Shown here: piece by piece, positions 28,026 through 37,429 of the stretch | Position numbering within the stretch: the stretch's first letter is position 1 | How the letters are laid out: every line of letters starts with the position of its first letter | NCBI GenBank assembly: GCA_021797815.1 | Contig: JAJZYZ010000001.1 | Location: 35,973 to 99,972 of the forward strand | Reading direction: 5' to 3' | DNA: 64,000 nucleotides | Source: Bacillota bacterium | Lineage (GTDB): Bacteria > Bacillota > Sulfobacillia > Sulfobacillales > JAIMBI01 | Position numbers and translations under genes: made by a program | The notes under the pieces: model-generated | What the model was told of the DNA's origin: nothing | Seen by the model: only the letters and a program-made list of their open reading frames with translations | Databases searched by the model: none

Positions 28026-28802
28026 TCAGCTTGTGAGGCGGCGCTCCAGCACCCGCGCGGGCAGGGCCAGCATGATGGCGGTATAGAGGGCAAGCCACAG
28101 CACGTCGGCGATGTTGGCGAGGGACACCTGACCCAGGATGAGGGAGCGTCCAAGATTCACGGCGTGATAGAGGGGAAGCGCGATGATGATGTCCTGGACC
28201 GCATGCGGCAGGCGGCCGATGGGGAAAAAGACGCCGGAGAACAGGAAGAGGGGCGTAATCACGAGCGTGAAGTAATAGAAGAGCTGTTCGTGAGAACGGG
28301 CGCTTGCCGCCACCAGAAGGGCCGGTGCGCCAAACAGCATGCCGCTTAACGCCAGCGGAACCGGCAGCAGCACGGACCACCAGGAATGCACCAGGCCCAG
28401 CACCAGGAGCACGAGGAAGAAGACACCGCCGTAAAGCATGGCGCGGGTCATCTCCCACAGCATCTCGCCGCCCACCACCTCGCTCACCAGAATCGGCGCG
28501 GACATCATGCCGCTGTAAAGCTGCGACTCGTTCAGGCGGTCATAGCCTTCAAACCCCATGTCAAAGGTGACGGCGTTCATGGCCGTCACCATCAGAAGAC
28601 CCGGGCCGATGAAGTCGATGAATGGATCGCCGTTCATCTTGGCCACATAGGCGCCGAGTCCGAATCCGAGCGCCATGAGATTGGTGAACGGTTCGCCGAA
28701 GTTGAGCAGGATGGAACTCTTGTAGTTCTTGACCCAGCTCAGGTAGTCGCGATACCAGACCATACGGGCCTGGCGGTTGAAACGCGGCCACACGATGGTC
28801 AT
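28026..28802 (-). CDS. ABC-2 permease (NodJ-like)
   Basis: FGEPFTNLMALGFGLG, FIGPGLL, TPLFLFSGVFFP, PLYHAVNLGR. Confidence 0.9.
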   Translation of the reverse strand: MTIVWPRFNRQARMVWYRDYLSWVKNYKSSILLNFGEPFTNLMALGFGLGAYVAKMNGDPFIDFIGPGLLMVTAMNAVTFDMGFEGYDRLNESQLYSGMMSAPILVSEVVGGEMLWEMTRAMLYGGVFFLVLLVLGLVHSWWSVLLPVPLALSGMLFGAPALLVAASARSHEQLFYYFTLVITPLFLFSGVFFPIGRLPHAVQDIIIALPLYHAVNLGRSLILGQVSLANIADVLWLALYTAIMLALPARVLERRLTS

Positions 28803-29713
28803 TCGCGTAAATCCTTTCCCGTCAGCAGCAAAAATACGTCTTCGAGCGACGCCGGCCGCACCTGCATCCGCTCGGGTTTCAGGGCTCCCGCAAGGAGCCG
28901 GCTCACGACGGCCTCGGCACTGTCGGTCAACACCGCCAGGGAGTCGCCCCGGGCCTGGACGCGGCCCAGGTTTCCGATCTGCTCTGCGACCACGGTCTCC
29001 TCAAGGCCCCAGACTTCCACGGCCTCCCGTCCGGCGATCCGTTCCACCAGGTCGGCCGGGCTTCCGGCCTCCAGGATGCGGCCGTGGTCCATGACCACGA
29101 TGTGATCCGCGAGGCGCGCCGCCTCTTCCATGTAATGGGTGGTGACGATGAGGGTGACGCCGCTCTGGCGAAGCTCATTCAAGCGCGTCCACACGAGAAG
29201 ACGCGCCTGCGGGTCGAGGCCCGTGGTCGGCTCGTCCAGCACGAGCAGGCGCGGCCGGCCGATAAGGCCGCGGGCGATGACGAGGCGCCGGCGCATCCCG
29301 CCCGAAAGCTCCTTCACCCGGTTCTGGCGCTTGGCGTAAAGCTGCATGAAGGTGAGAAGCTCCTGGCCGCGCTCCCGCGCCTCCCGACCCGACAGGCCAT
29401 AGAACCGTCCGTGCAGGACCAGATTCTCCTCCACCGTCAGCTCCCGGTCGAGGTAGTCCTCCTGCGCCACCACTCCCATCTGCTGCTTGATTCGCACGGC
29501 ATGGGGATGGGCGGGTATACCGAAAACGGTCAGGCTGCCGCCGCTGATGGGGCTCTGGCAGCAGATCATACGGATAGTGGTGGACTTGCCGGCGCCGTTC
29601 GGCCCGAGAAATGCAAAGCACCGGCCCTCTTCGACGTCGAAGTCGAGGCCCCGTACTGCTTCGAGGTCGCCGTAGCGCTTCCGCAATCCGCGCGCGGCGA
29701 CGATGGATGCCAT
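28799..29713 (-). CDS. ABC ATP-binding protein (NodI-like)
   Basis: GPNGAGKSTT, LSGGMRRR, LDEPTTGLDPQAR, TTHYMEEA; ATG 29713 after GGGAGGG. Confidence 0.93.
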   Translation of the reverse strand: MASIVAARGLRKRYGDLEAVRGLDFDVEEGRCFAFLGPNGAGKSTTIRMICCQSPISGGSLTVFGIPAHPHAVRIKQQMGVVAQEDYLDRELTVEENLVLHGRFYGLSGREARERGQELLTFMQLYAKRQNRVKELSGGMRRRLVIARGLIGRPRLLVLDEPTTGLDPQARLLVWTRLNELRQSGVTLIVTTHYMEEAARLADHIVVMDHGRILEAGSPADLVERIAGREAVEVWGLEETVVAEQIGNLGRVQARGDSLAVLTDSAEAVVSRLLAGALKPERMQVRPASLEDVFLLLTGKDLRE

Positions 29714-30021
29714 ATGTTCCCGGCCCTCCCACAGTGCTGCCTGCGACGTGCGTCGGAAGCGGCCAGGGGCCGGCCGCCGCGACGCGTCTTCATCCTGGTA
29801 TTGTCCTTGATTCTCCCGGGTTGCGCGAGGACGATGTCCGGTGTGTCGGCCGGGTCGTGACCACACTTTGATGATTTGAATCGAGAGGGATGGCAAACGG
29901 GCATCGGATCCCCAAAATGCTTTACGATCAGACGACGAAGGGTGGCGGCCGAGCCGCAGGAAGCGACGACCGACCCTGCCCCCATGCTTCTGAGTCGAGT
30001 CCGTAAGGGAGACTACCAAGA

Positions 30022-31542
30022 ATGGCGGAACGAGAGAACGAAGGCGCCGAGCGCGACGCGAAAACGCGGTCCCAGTTGCACGGCGAGGAGAGTGCCCGGC
30101 CAGCACCGACAGATGATCTGGTCACCACCAGCCATGTGCTGAAGACACCGTCGGGGGAGCTTCGGTACACGGCCACCGCGGGGCGGGTCGTGCTGCGAGA
30201 AGAGGTCCTGGAGGACGGCAAGTGGGTCGGATTCCAGGCGAAGGCCGAGATGTTTCTCACCGCCTACGTGCTGGAGGGAGCTGACCCGGCGACCCGGCCG
30301 GTAACGTTCGCGTTCAACGGCGGGCCGGGATCTTCGAGCGTCTGGCTTCACCTCGGACTCTTCGGTCCGCGGCGGGTGGTCATGGGAGATGCCGAGGCCC
30401 CTCTGCCGCCACCTTGGGGCATCGCCGACAACGCCGAGACCCTATTGTCGGTCACCGACCTCGTGTTTATCGACCCGGTGACGACCGGGTATTCACGGGT
30501 GGTTGAGGGCGGCAAAGCGGGCGAATATCACGGCTTTCAGAAGGACCTGGAGTCGGTTGGCGCCCTCATCCGCCTCTGGACCTCGCGAAACGGACGGTGG
30601 TTGTCGCCGAAGTTCCTGGCCGGCGAGTCCTACGGCACCACTCGCGCGAGCGCCCTGGCTGACCATCTGCAAAAACGCTACGGGTGGTTTCCCAATGGCA
30701 TCGCCCTCATCTCGTCGGTCATCGATATGGGCACCATCCGGTTCACGGAGGGCAACGACGAGCCGGCGGCGCTCTACCTCCCCACGTACGCGGCCATGGC
30801 GCACTACCATGGCAGGCTTGGCGACCGGCCCTGGGATGGGGTGCGGGCGGAGGCGGAAGAGCTGGCGGCGCGCGACTACCCCTGGGGGCTCTCCCGCGGG
30901 GCGCGGCTGACGGAGGAGGAGCGCGAGGAGCTGGCACGGCGAATCGCGGCTGTCACGGGCCTCTCAGAAGATTATGTGAGTCGGGTGAACCTCCGCATCG
31001 AGCACCAGCGGTTCTTCCGGGAACTCCTGCGCGATCGCGGTCAGGTTATCGGACGGCTCGACGGTCGATTTATCGGCTACGAACCGGATGAGGGAGGGGA
31101 GAAACCATCCCACGACCCCAGCAACGTGGCGATCCACGGCCCGTACTCCGGAGCCTTCAACCACTATGTGCGGGAGGAATTGGGCTTTCAGTCCGACCTG
31201 CCATACGAGATTCTGACCGGCCGTGTGCAGCCCTGGAGCTACGCCCAGTTCGAGGGTCGCGCGGTGAGCGTGTCGGCCATGCTGGGCGACGCCATGCGCC
31301 ATAATCCTCACCTGCGCGTGTATGTCGCGTGCGGCTACTACGACGGCGCCACGCCCTACTTCGCGGCCGAGCACGCCTTCGCACATGTCTCCATCCCGGA
31401 GCACCTGCGCTCAAACATCGCCCTGCACTACTATCCGGCCGGGCACATGATGTACGTGCACGAGCCGACTCGCGTCCAGCAGAGCGCCGACCTGGCCGCG
31501 TTCATTAAGGAGGCATCCGGGAACCCGGCGCATCCCGACTGA
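30022..31542 (+). CDS. Peptidase S10 family serine carboxypeptidase
   Basis: FNGGPGSSS, DPVTTGYS, GESYG, GYYD, GHMMY motifs. Confidence 0.93.
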   Translation: MAERENEGAERDAKTRSQLHGEESARPAPTDDLVTTSHVLKTPSGELRYTATAGRVVLREEVLEDGKWVGFQAKAEMFLTAYVLEGADPATRPVTFAFNGGPGSSSVWLHLGLFGPRRVVMGDAEAPLPPPWGIADNAETLLSVTDLVFIDPVTTGYSRVVEGGKAGEYHGFQKDLESVGALIRLWTSRNGRWLSPKFLAGESYGTTRASALADHLQKRYGWFPNGIALISSVIDMGTIRFTEGNDEPAALYLPTYAAMAHYHGRLGDRPWDGVRAEAEELAARDYPWGLSRGARLTEEEREELARRIAAVTGLSEDYVSRVNLRIEHQRFFRELLRDRGQVIGRLDGRFIGYEPDEGGEKPSHDPSNVAIHGPYSGAFNHYVREELGFQSDLPYEILTGRVQPWSYAQFEGRAVSVSAMLGDAMRHNPHLRVYVACGYYDGATPYFAAEHAFAHVSIPEHLRSNIALHYYPAGHMMYVHEPTRVQQSADLAAFIKEASGNPAHPD

Positions 31543-31807
31543 TCGTGGCGACGCCGCTTTATCCGGCCGCCCGGAGTCCTGTCCTCGCAGAAGGTTCGGC
31601 GGGTATCGGGATCTGACGGGGACGGCTGTCGAGCGCGTGTAGAGCGCCGTTAGCTGCGGGAATCCGGTGCTCCCAAGGCCATGACCGGGAGCACCGGGTC
31701 GAGGGCGTGCTAGAGCGTCGTGTCGCGGGCGGAGACGATGGGACGAGGCACGTCGTTGTTTCACTCATGATCTGGTGGCGTACGGGAGACGTTATGAGGC
31801 AGGGGGC

Positions 31808-32806
31808 ATGAAAGCCGTGGGAGATCTTCCCTACCTCGCCTGTCCGCCTCTCGCCGGAGGCGCCTACGGGCGCTGGTTTACCGACACCACCATCTGGAGG
31901 CCATACGTGGAGTGGGTCGCCCGCCGGCACGCTCTTCCGGCACCCCGGGAGCTCTCTGTTGGAACTCCGGGATCGCACCCCGTATTCGTGACGGCGGACG
32001 GTTACGTGGTGAAGTTCTACGCCCCTCATTGGCCCTCCGATGCGCGCAGCGAGTCCGCGGTATTTGAGTGCCTCAGGGCCACATCCCTAGCTGCCGTACC
32101 GCGTCCAGCCGTGCTGGCGGGCGGCCGACTGTTTGCGGGAGGCGAGCCCTGGGCGTGGCCGTACGCGGTCTTTGTCTCGATGAAGGGGCGTGCGCTCGCC
32201 GACCTTGGCGCGCACTGGCCGCCATCCGCCTGGACGACGACGGCCCATGAACTGGGGCGGATCGTTCGGGCCCTGCATGAAGTGCCGCTAGACGACACCG
32301 TGCCAGATTTCGCCTCATGGTCGGCGTATGAGATGTCCAACCTGCTGCGCACGGCGCCCGAACGACGGCGTCATGAGCTGGCCTGGGCCCGATTGGACTT
32401 TGAGAAGTGGGAGGCTCACTGGCACGAGGTTATTGAACGTGAATGGGCGCGACCGTGTCTCCTGCACGGGGACTTGACCGCGGACCATGTGTTCATTCAG
32501 AAGTCGTCCGACGCCGTGCGGATTACGGGGCTCATCGATTGGGCCGATGCCCTTATCGGTGATCCGGCCTACGAACTCGTGGCCGTCTACGTCGACCTCT
32601 TTCGAGGTCAGCGTGACCAGTTTATGGCTTTCCGGTCCGGGTATGGGGATGGCCCCATGTTTCGACCGACCTGGAAGCGGCGGGCAACAGCCTGGCTGCT
32701 CGCATACCGGTTCGATGTCGGGAGCATGCTCGCCGCCATCCGGCCAGCTCTTTCATCGATCAATAGCTTCCAGGACGTGGAGGAGATCGTCTGGGAAGGA
32801 TTCTGA
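31808..32806 (+). CDS. Aminoglycoside phosphotransferase family protein
   Basis: YVVKFY, LLHGDLTADH, GLIDWADA, GDPAYEL; start could be GTG 31775. Confidence 0.85.
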   Translation: MKAVGDLPYLACPPLAGGAYGRWFTDTTIWRPYVEWVARRHALPAPRELSVGTPGSHPVFVTADGYVVKFYAPHWPSDARSESAVFECLRATSLAAVPRPAVLAGGRLFAGGEPWAWPYAVFVSMKGRALADLGAHWPPSAWTTTAHELGRIVRALHEVPLDDTVPDFASWSAYEMSNLLRTAPERRRHELAWARLDFEKWEAHWHEVIEREWARPCLLHGDLTADHVFIQKSSDAVRITGLIDWADALIGDPAYELVAVYVDLFRGQRDQFMAFRSGYGDGPMFRPTWKRRATAWLLAYRFDVGSMLAAIRPALSSINSFQDVEEIVWEGF

Positions 32807-32847
32807 TGGTCCTTCATGCCATCCACGGCTTGACCGCTGGCTGGCAG

Positions 32848-33354
32848 CTACGCACCGGGAAGCAACACCTTGACCAGAAGACCCGTTACCAACGCGAACA
32901 TCACACCGAACGTCCATTGCCACAGGCGATAGGAACTATCCATTCGCTGCTCGAGAGCATCGAAGCGGTGGTCGACCACATCGAAGCGTTGCGCCATCCC
33001 TTCCGTGCGGCGGTCGGCGGCATCGAAGCGACTGGTGAGATCCTGGCTCACGCCCTCCAGGCGGCGGTCGACGGCATCGAAGCGACGGGTGAGATCCTGG
33101 CTCACGCCCTCCAGGCGGCGGTCGACGGCATCGAAGCAGCTGGTGAGATCCCGCGTCAGACTCTCGAAGCGGCGGTCAACAGCATCAAACCCACTGGTCA
33201 GCCGTTCCCCCATACGCTCAAAATGGTGGTCAGCCGTGTCAAGCCGCGTACTCACATCCTCCAGACGCTGGAGGATCAGCCAGCTGGCGTCGATCGAACT
33301 GGAACCTTTCGCGCGGTCGCCTCCTCGGGCCCCATGGTCTTCATCAGCAATCAT
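32848..33354 (-). CDS. Coiled-coil repeat protein with C-terminal membrane anchor (DUF1640/CCDC90-like architecture)
   Basis: ATG 33354 after AAAGGTGA; 18-aa repeats FDAVDRRLEGVSQDLTxR; C-terminal WTFGVMFALVTGLLVKVLL helix. Confidence 0.75.
   Translation of the reverse strand: MIADEDHGARGGDRAKGSSSIDASWLILQRLEDVSTRLDTADHHFERMGERLTSGFDAVDRRFESLTRDLTSCFDAVDRRLEGVSQDLTRRFDAVDRRLEGVSQDLTSRFDAADRRTEGMAQRFDVVDHRFDALEQRMDSSYRLWQWTFGVMFALVTGLLVKVLLPGA
33007..33200. repeat. 54-bp coding tandem repeat (about 3.5 units)
   Basis: GCGGCGGTC recurs at 33007, 33061, 33115 and 33169; the first two units are nearly identical. Confidence 0.9.
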
Positions 33355-33874
33355 TTGAGCCTCTCGTTCACCTTTCATATGCGAGGTGTGGATTCCATTT
33401 CGTCTGTTGTGTCTGGCGCCACACCGAGGCTGACGCTCATTGGTACTTATGGCCCGCGCCATCCATTTTAAGAACATTCCGGTCGCTTACCAAGATCACT
33501 CGTCCGACAAATCACGTCATGTTCATACAGAAAAGACCGGATGGACGGCCCCTTTTTATTTGCGAGACGGGAGTGGCGGGGGGACCGGGAGTGGTCGTCG
33601 TTCCCGAGAGGAAACGTCTCTAGGCGGGACGGTCTGTGGCGCAGGGTGGTGAGAAGTGCAAGCGTCTGAAGAACCGGCTCGCGGTCACGCCCATGACGCG
33701 AGGTGGCGGGCGTTTCCGACCATGGGCCGTCGTGAGCACCATGGCGGGATCGGACGAACGGGAGGAAGGAGAGGGAGCGGCCGGGCGAACCCGCGAAGAG
33801 CGCCGCTCTGCCAGGTCGCGCCCAGATCCACGGCATCGCCTGTCCTGGCAGGTCGGACCCGGCCGGACCTCAGC

Positions 33875-34369
33875 TTAAGATGCGCAGCATGAGCTGTTTA
33901 AATAGATGGGCGGCGCGGTGCGAACGAGGCCGAGCTGACCATAGCAAGCCTCGAGGTGCTCTGCCGCCCCTGGTACACAGGGGCAATTTTCGAGGATAAG
34001 CCGGTACCAGAACGCGGCCTCGGCCCATCGCTCTCCCGCCTCGGCGCGCTCTGCCCTGGCTTCGTAGATCCACACCGGATGCACGCGGATCGTGAGACGG
34101 GAACGGTGCCCCCGGCCGGGCGAGGGCAGCCATTGCAGAAGATTGAGCGCCTCGAGCCGCCGAAGCGTCTCCTGGGCGGCTCGAAGCGAACAGTCCCAGA
34201 TGCGGGCCAAATCTGCGAGCGTGACCTCAAGCTGTCCGAGGCAGACCGAGTCACCGGGGTCGGGCTCTGCCAACGCGGCTACTTTCAAGTACCGCGCCCA
34301 GAACACTTCAATCTTCGTGCTCTCCGATCCGTTCCTCACCGAGAGACCACCCAGAATCGCCTCCATCAT
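33875..34369 (-). CDS. SgrR_N-type HTH protein with Cys-rich helical C-terminus (putative regulator)
   Basis: VTLADLARIWDCSLRAAQETLRRLEALNLLQWLPSPGRGHRSRL matches the SgrR N-terminal DNA-binding pattern; no solute-binding domain; ends SSCCAS. Confidence 0.72.
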   Translation of the reverse strand: MMEAILGGLSVRNGSESTKIEVFWARYLKVAALAEPDPGDSVCLGQLEVTLADLARIWDCSLRAAQETLRRLEALNLLQWLPSPGRGHRSRLTIRVHPVWIYEARAERAEAGERWAEAAFWYRLILENCPCVPGAAEHLEACYGQLGLVRTAPPIYLNSSCCAS

Positions 34370-34384
34370 GCTGGCGGAAAACGG

Positions 34385-34783
34385 CTAGCAGCAGGCGCTG
34401 ACCTCGTTCGAGGTCGCCATTATCATATCGCGCTCGAGGACCTGGAACACTTCCCAGCGCCGCCCATCGGGATCCGCCGCCCAGACCTTGGTCTGCAGGG
34501 AGTGGCAGCAGCGTGTCTCCGTTTCGGACCGCGTTGCAAAGCCGGCGCCTTCCAGGCGTGACGCCGCGGCCGACACGTCGGACGCCGTCTCCACTTCAAG
34601 TCCGTAGTGGCCGCCCGACGAATCCACACTTCCGCTGGCCCCCGTGAGCGCAAGGTTCACGCTCGACGTCAGAAAATGCGTGTACCCGGGAAACGATCGG
34701 GTCGGTGCCTCTCCGAGCAAGACTTCATAGAAGCGCGCCGACTCATCCAGATTGGCGGACGGCAGGGACAGATGGAGCCTCAT
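34385..34783 (-). CDS. ArsI/CadI family VOC (glyoxalase-like) metalloenzyme
   Basis: RLHLSL (His), GHYGLEV (His), TRCCHSLQTKVWAADPDGRRWEVF (vicinal Cys, Glu), C-terminal ACC; GAGGTG RBS. Confidence 0.88.
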   Translation of the reverse strand: MRLHLSLPSANLDESARFYEVLLGEAPTRSFPGYTHFLTSSVNLALTGASGSVDSSGGHYGLEVETASDVSAAASRLEGAGFATRSETETRCCHSLQTKVWAADPDGRRWEVFQVLERDMIMATSNEVSACC

Positions 34784-35016
34784 CAATTCTCACCTCACCC
34801 GCATGGTAGGGCCCGCCGATGAGAGTAAAAAGTGAGAGATCGCGGGGAAGCCGGCGGGGTTTCGAACGGTCGCGGGGTCGATGGGCGCCGCACGAGGCGC
34901 GCCTCAATCCGCGGATGGCCTTCAGGCGGCCCCTAAAAAAGGGTTCTATCCCGCCGCCGCAACCGGCTTTGCCCGAGTACCCGTTCCGTCACCGAAGTCT
35001 GTCGCCCTCCCACTAA

Positions 35017-36693
35017 CCCGGCGTTTGCAGTAACGCCGTACCCGATGTGCCGCAAAGAGGCGCAAATGCCCGTCCGGTGCGGGATAATGGGGTTGTCAGC
35101 ACGCCATTAGCTCCGCGAAGGAGGGCACTTGATAGAGGCATCCTACCACACCGCCTCCCCGTGTTCACTGGACCCTCGGCGACGACCGGATCGCCACGCA
35201 TGGGGGCGCCCGGCTCCTGTGCGACCTCGCCGACACGCTCGGCCTCACCCCGGGGCTGTCCGACGCCCTGGCTCCCCTCAAACAGCGTCGCCGCGGGCCT
35301 GACCGGGGGCAGGTGCTGACGCATCTCGCCGTCGCCATCGCGGATGGCGCCACCCGGGTGACGGATATCGACGTCCTGGGCCGGCAGCCCGCAGTCTTCG
35401 GGGCGGTGGCCTCGGTCGCCACCACCTGGCGCACGCTGGAGGCCTTGGATGCCTCGGCGCAGGACGCGGTGGGGCGGGCGCGGGCGGCGGCACGGCGCCG
35501 CGCCTGGGCCGCTGGCCTCGACCCCGGGTTCTACGTGGTGGACATCGATGGCACGTTGGTCACCGCCCACTCCGAGAAGGAAGGCGCGGCCCCCACGTAT
35601 AAAAGAGGCTTTGGGTTCTATCCGTTGCTGGCGTTCCTGGATGCGACCGGCGAACCGCTGGCGGGCCTCTTGCGGCCGGGGAATGCCGGCTCAGGGACGG
35701 CCGCCGATCACGTGACGGTGCTCGACGCCGCCCTCGCCCAACTCCCCGTGGATCCGCACGCCCAGGAGGTCATCGTCCGAGCGGACAGCGCCGGCTGTTC
35801 CCATGCCTTCCTGGACCATTGTGGGACCCAGGGTGTGCGCTTCATCGTGGGGCATCCGTTCCCCGAGGACCTCGCCGCCCAGGTCATCGGCGCCCGGGGG
35901 ATCCGGTGGATCCCCGCCCTCACCGCGGATGGGACGGCGGAGCGGGACGTGGGGGAAGTGGCCGAGTTCACGGCTCGGGTGGATCGCACAGGCTGGCCGC
36001 CGGGCAGTCGCGTGATTGTGCGGCGGGAAATCCCGCATCCCGGGGCGCAGCTCCGCTTCACCGACGTCCACGGCTACCGGTACCAGGTGTGTCTCACCAA
36101 TCTGGAGACCCCGGACATCGCCTTCCTGGAGGCGCTATACCGCGGCCGGGGCCGGTGTGAGCAAGCCATTCGGGATCTCAAAGCCACCGGGTTGACCCAC
36201 CTGCCGTCCGCGGGCTTTGCGTTCAACCAAGCCTGGCTGACCGCGGTGTTGCTGGCGGGGGATCTCCTGGCCTGGACGCGGGGACTCCTGCTGACCGGGG
36301 CGCTCCGCCGCGCGACGGCGCCCCGTCTGCGGTACACGCTGCTCCACACCGCGGGCCGGCTGGTGCGTTCCGCCCGGCGCACGACCGTGCGGCTGCCATG
36401 GACCTGGCCCTGGGCGGAGGCGCTGTGCGGGGCATTCACCCGTTGCGCTCGGTTGGCCGCAGCCATCCCGTGACGCCCCGGTCCGTACCGACCTTCCTCT
36501 ATTCACCGCCCCAGACCCTCGGCCCTCGGCCGGGGGGCGGTCGCCTGCGCGCCGACGGGTCCGGCGCTGCGCCACCGCCCGCGCCACGGACCCCATCGTG
36601 GCGTTCCCGGCCCCGAACACCCCCAAGAGGCTGCCTCCTCGACCCTCATAGGGCCCCTTGCAGCCCCTCGCTAGGCTTACTGCAAAGTTTGGG
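35017..36693 (+). mobile_element. IS1380 family insertion sequence (1677 bp)
   Basis: Imperfect TIRs CCCGGCGTTTGCAGTAA (35017-35033) and the reverse complement of 36677-36693 (CCCAAACTTTGCAGTAA), 13/17 identical; 4-bp duplication CTAA at 35013-35016 and 36694-36697; internal transposase. Confidence 0.92.
35129..36473 (+). pseudogene. IS1380 transposase, apparently frameshifted just after the start codon
   Basis: Motifs DIDGT, GFYPLL, LRPGNAGS, VRADS, YRGRGRCEQAIRDLK. The main frame is open from 35136 but has no start until GTG 35313; the RBS-linked TTG at 35129 is out of frame. Confidence 0.72.
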
Positions 36694-36740
36694 CTAACTC
36701 CCCGATCGCAAGCATGACGAGATGGTTTGGAGCCGGTGGC

Positions 36741-37085
36741 CTACTTCAGCGGCCACACCGTGGCATGCATGCAGAGCCAGGCGCCTTCGTGACGAATGTA
36801 GCTGTCGACGTACCGGTTGTAGTGCCCGGGCCGGGAGCTCGAGCGTGCGGACACGACCGCCGCATCGCCCGCCACGTGAATCACGAGCTGGTCGATTTGA
36901 AGCTCCGGCTGAGCGCCTTGTCTAAGCATGTCGATGTAGCGGGATCGAGCCACCGGCTCACCCGTGGCTCCGTTCATATAGGCAAACGTTGGGGTGAGGA
37001 TGGGTTCGAGAAGGTCCCAGGAGCCCTGGCGCCACGCCTCTATGAACCGGTCGTTGAGCTCTTGCAGCACGCTGATGTCGTCCAT
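36741..37085 (-). CDS. Nuclear transport factor 2 / DUF4440 family protein
   Basis: LQELNDRFIEAW...IHVAGDAAVV...RYVDSYIRHEGAWLC pattern; RBS GAGGAAAGG. Confidence 0.85.
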   Translation of the reverse strand: MDDISVLQELNDRFIEAWRQGSWDLLEPILTPTFAYMNGATGEPVARSRYIDMLRQGAQPELQIDQLVIHVAGDAAVVSARSSSRPGHYNRYVDSYIRHEGAWLCMHATVWPLK

Positions 37086-37429
37086 GGCCTGTCCTTTCCT
37101 CAATCTCTTTGTGTACCGGTCTCTCCCGCTCTCTATCTCTCAACCGAAACCATCGTGTGACGGCCGCTGTCGCCATACTGGTCCCTCGGGCTACTGCGAG
37201 AAAGGTCCAGATACCTCGGTGTGGGAGGATCCACCGGGGCCCGATTGCTGAGCATATTTCCCTGTCGCCAGAGGCTAAGGGAGCCGGAGTGGCCGCGACA
37301 GGGGTGGTGTGCCCGGCGGCGTGGTGGATTTCCCGTGAGCGTGCTGACGCTCCGTACCGGCTGCGCTCGCGAAGGAAGAGGCGGCCTGCTGCCGCAATCC
37401 GTAATCTGCCCGCACGGTCGGTGCGGAGA

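Noticed and set aside
28026-29713. nodI/nodJ as nodulation genes
   Set aside because: No nodABC nearby; NodIJ-like ABC-2 exporters are widespread, so no gene symbol was assigned.
32806-33471. Plus-strand 221-aa repeat ORF, and a CRISPR-like reading of the 54-bp repeats
   Set aside because: The minus-strand ORF has an RBS, coiled-coil periodicity and a TM anchor; the repeats are contiguous with no unique spacers and no cas genes.
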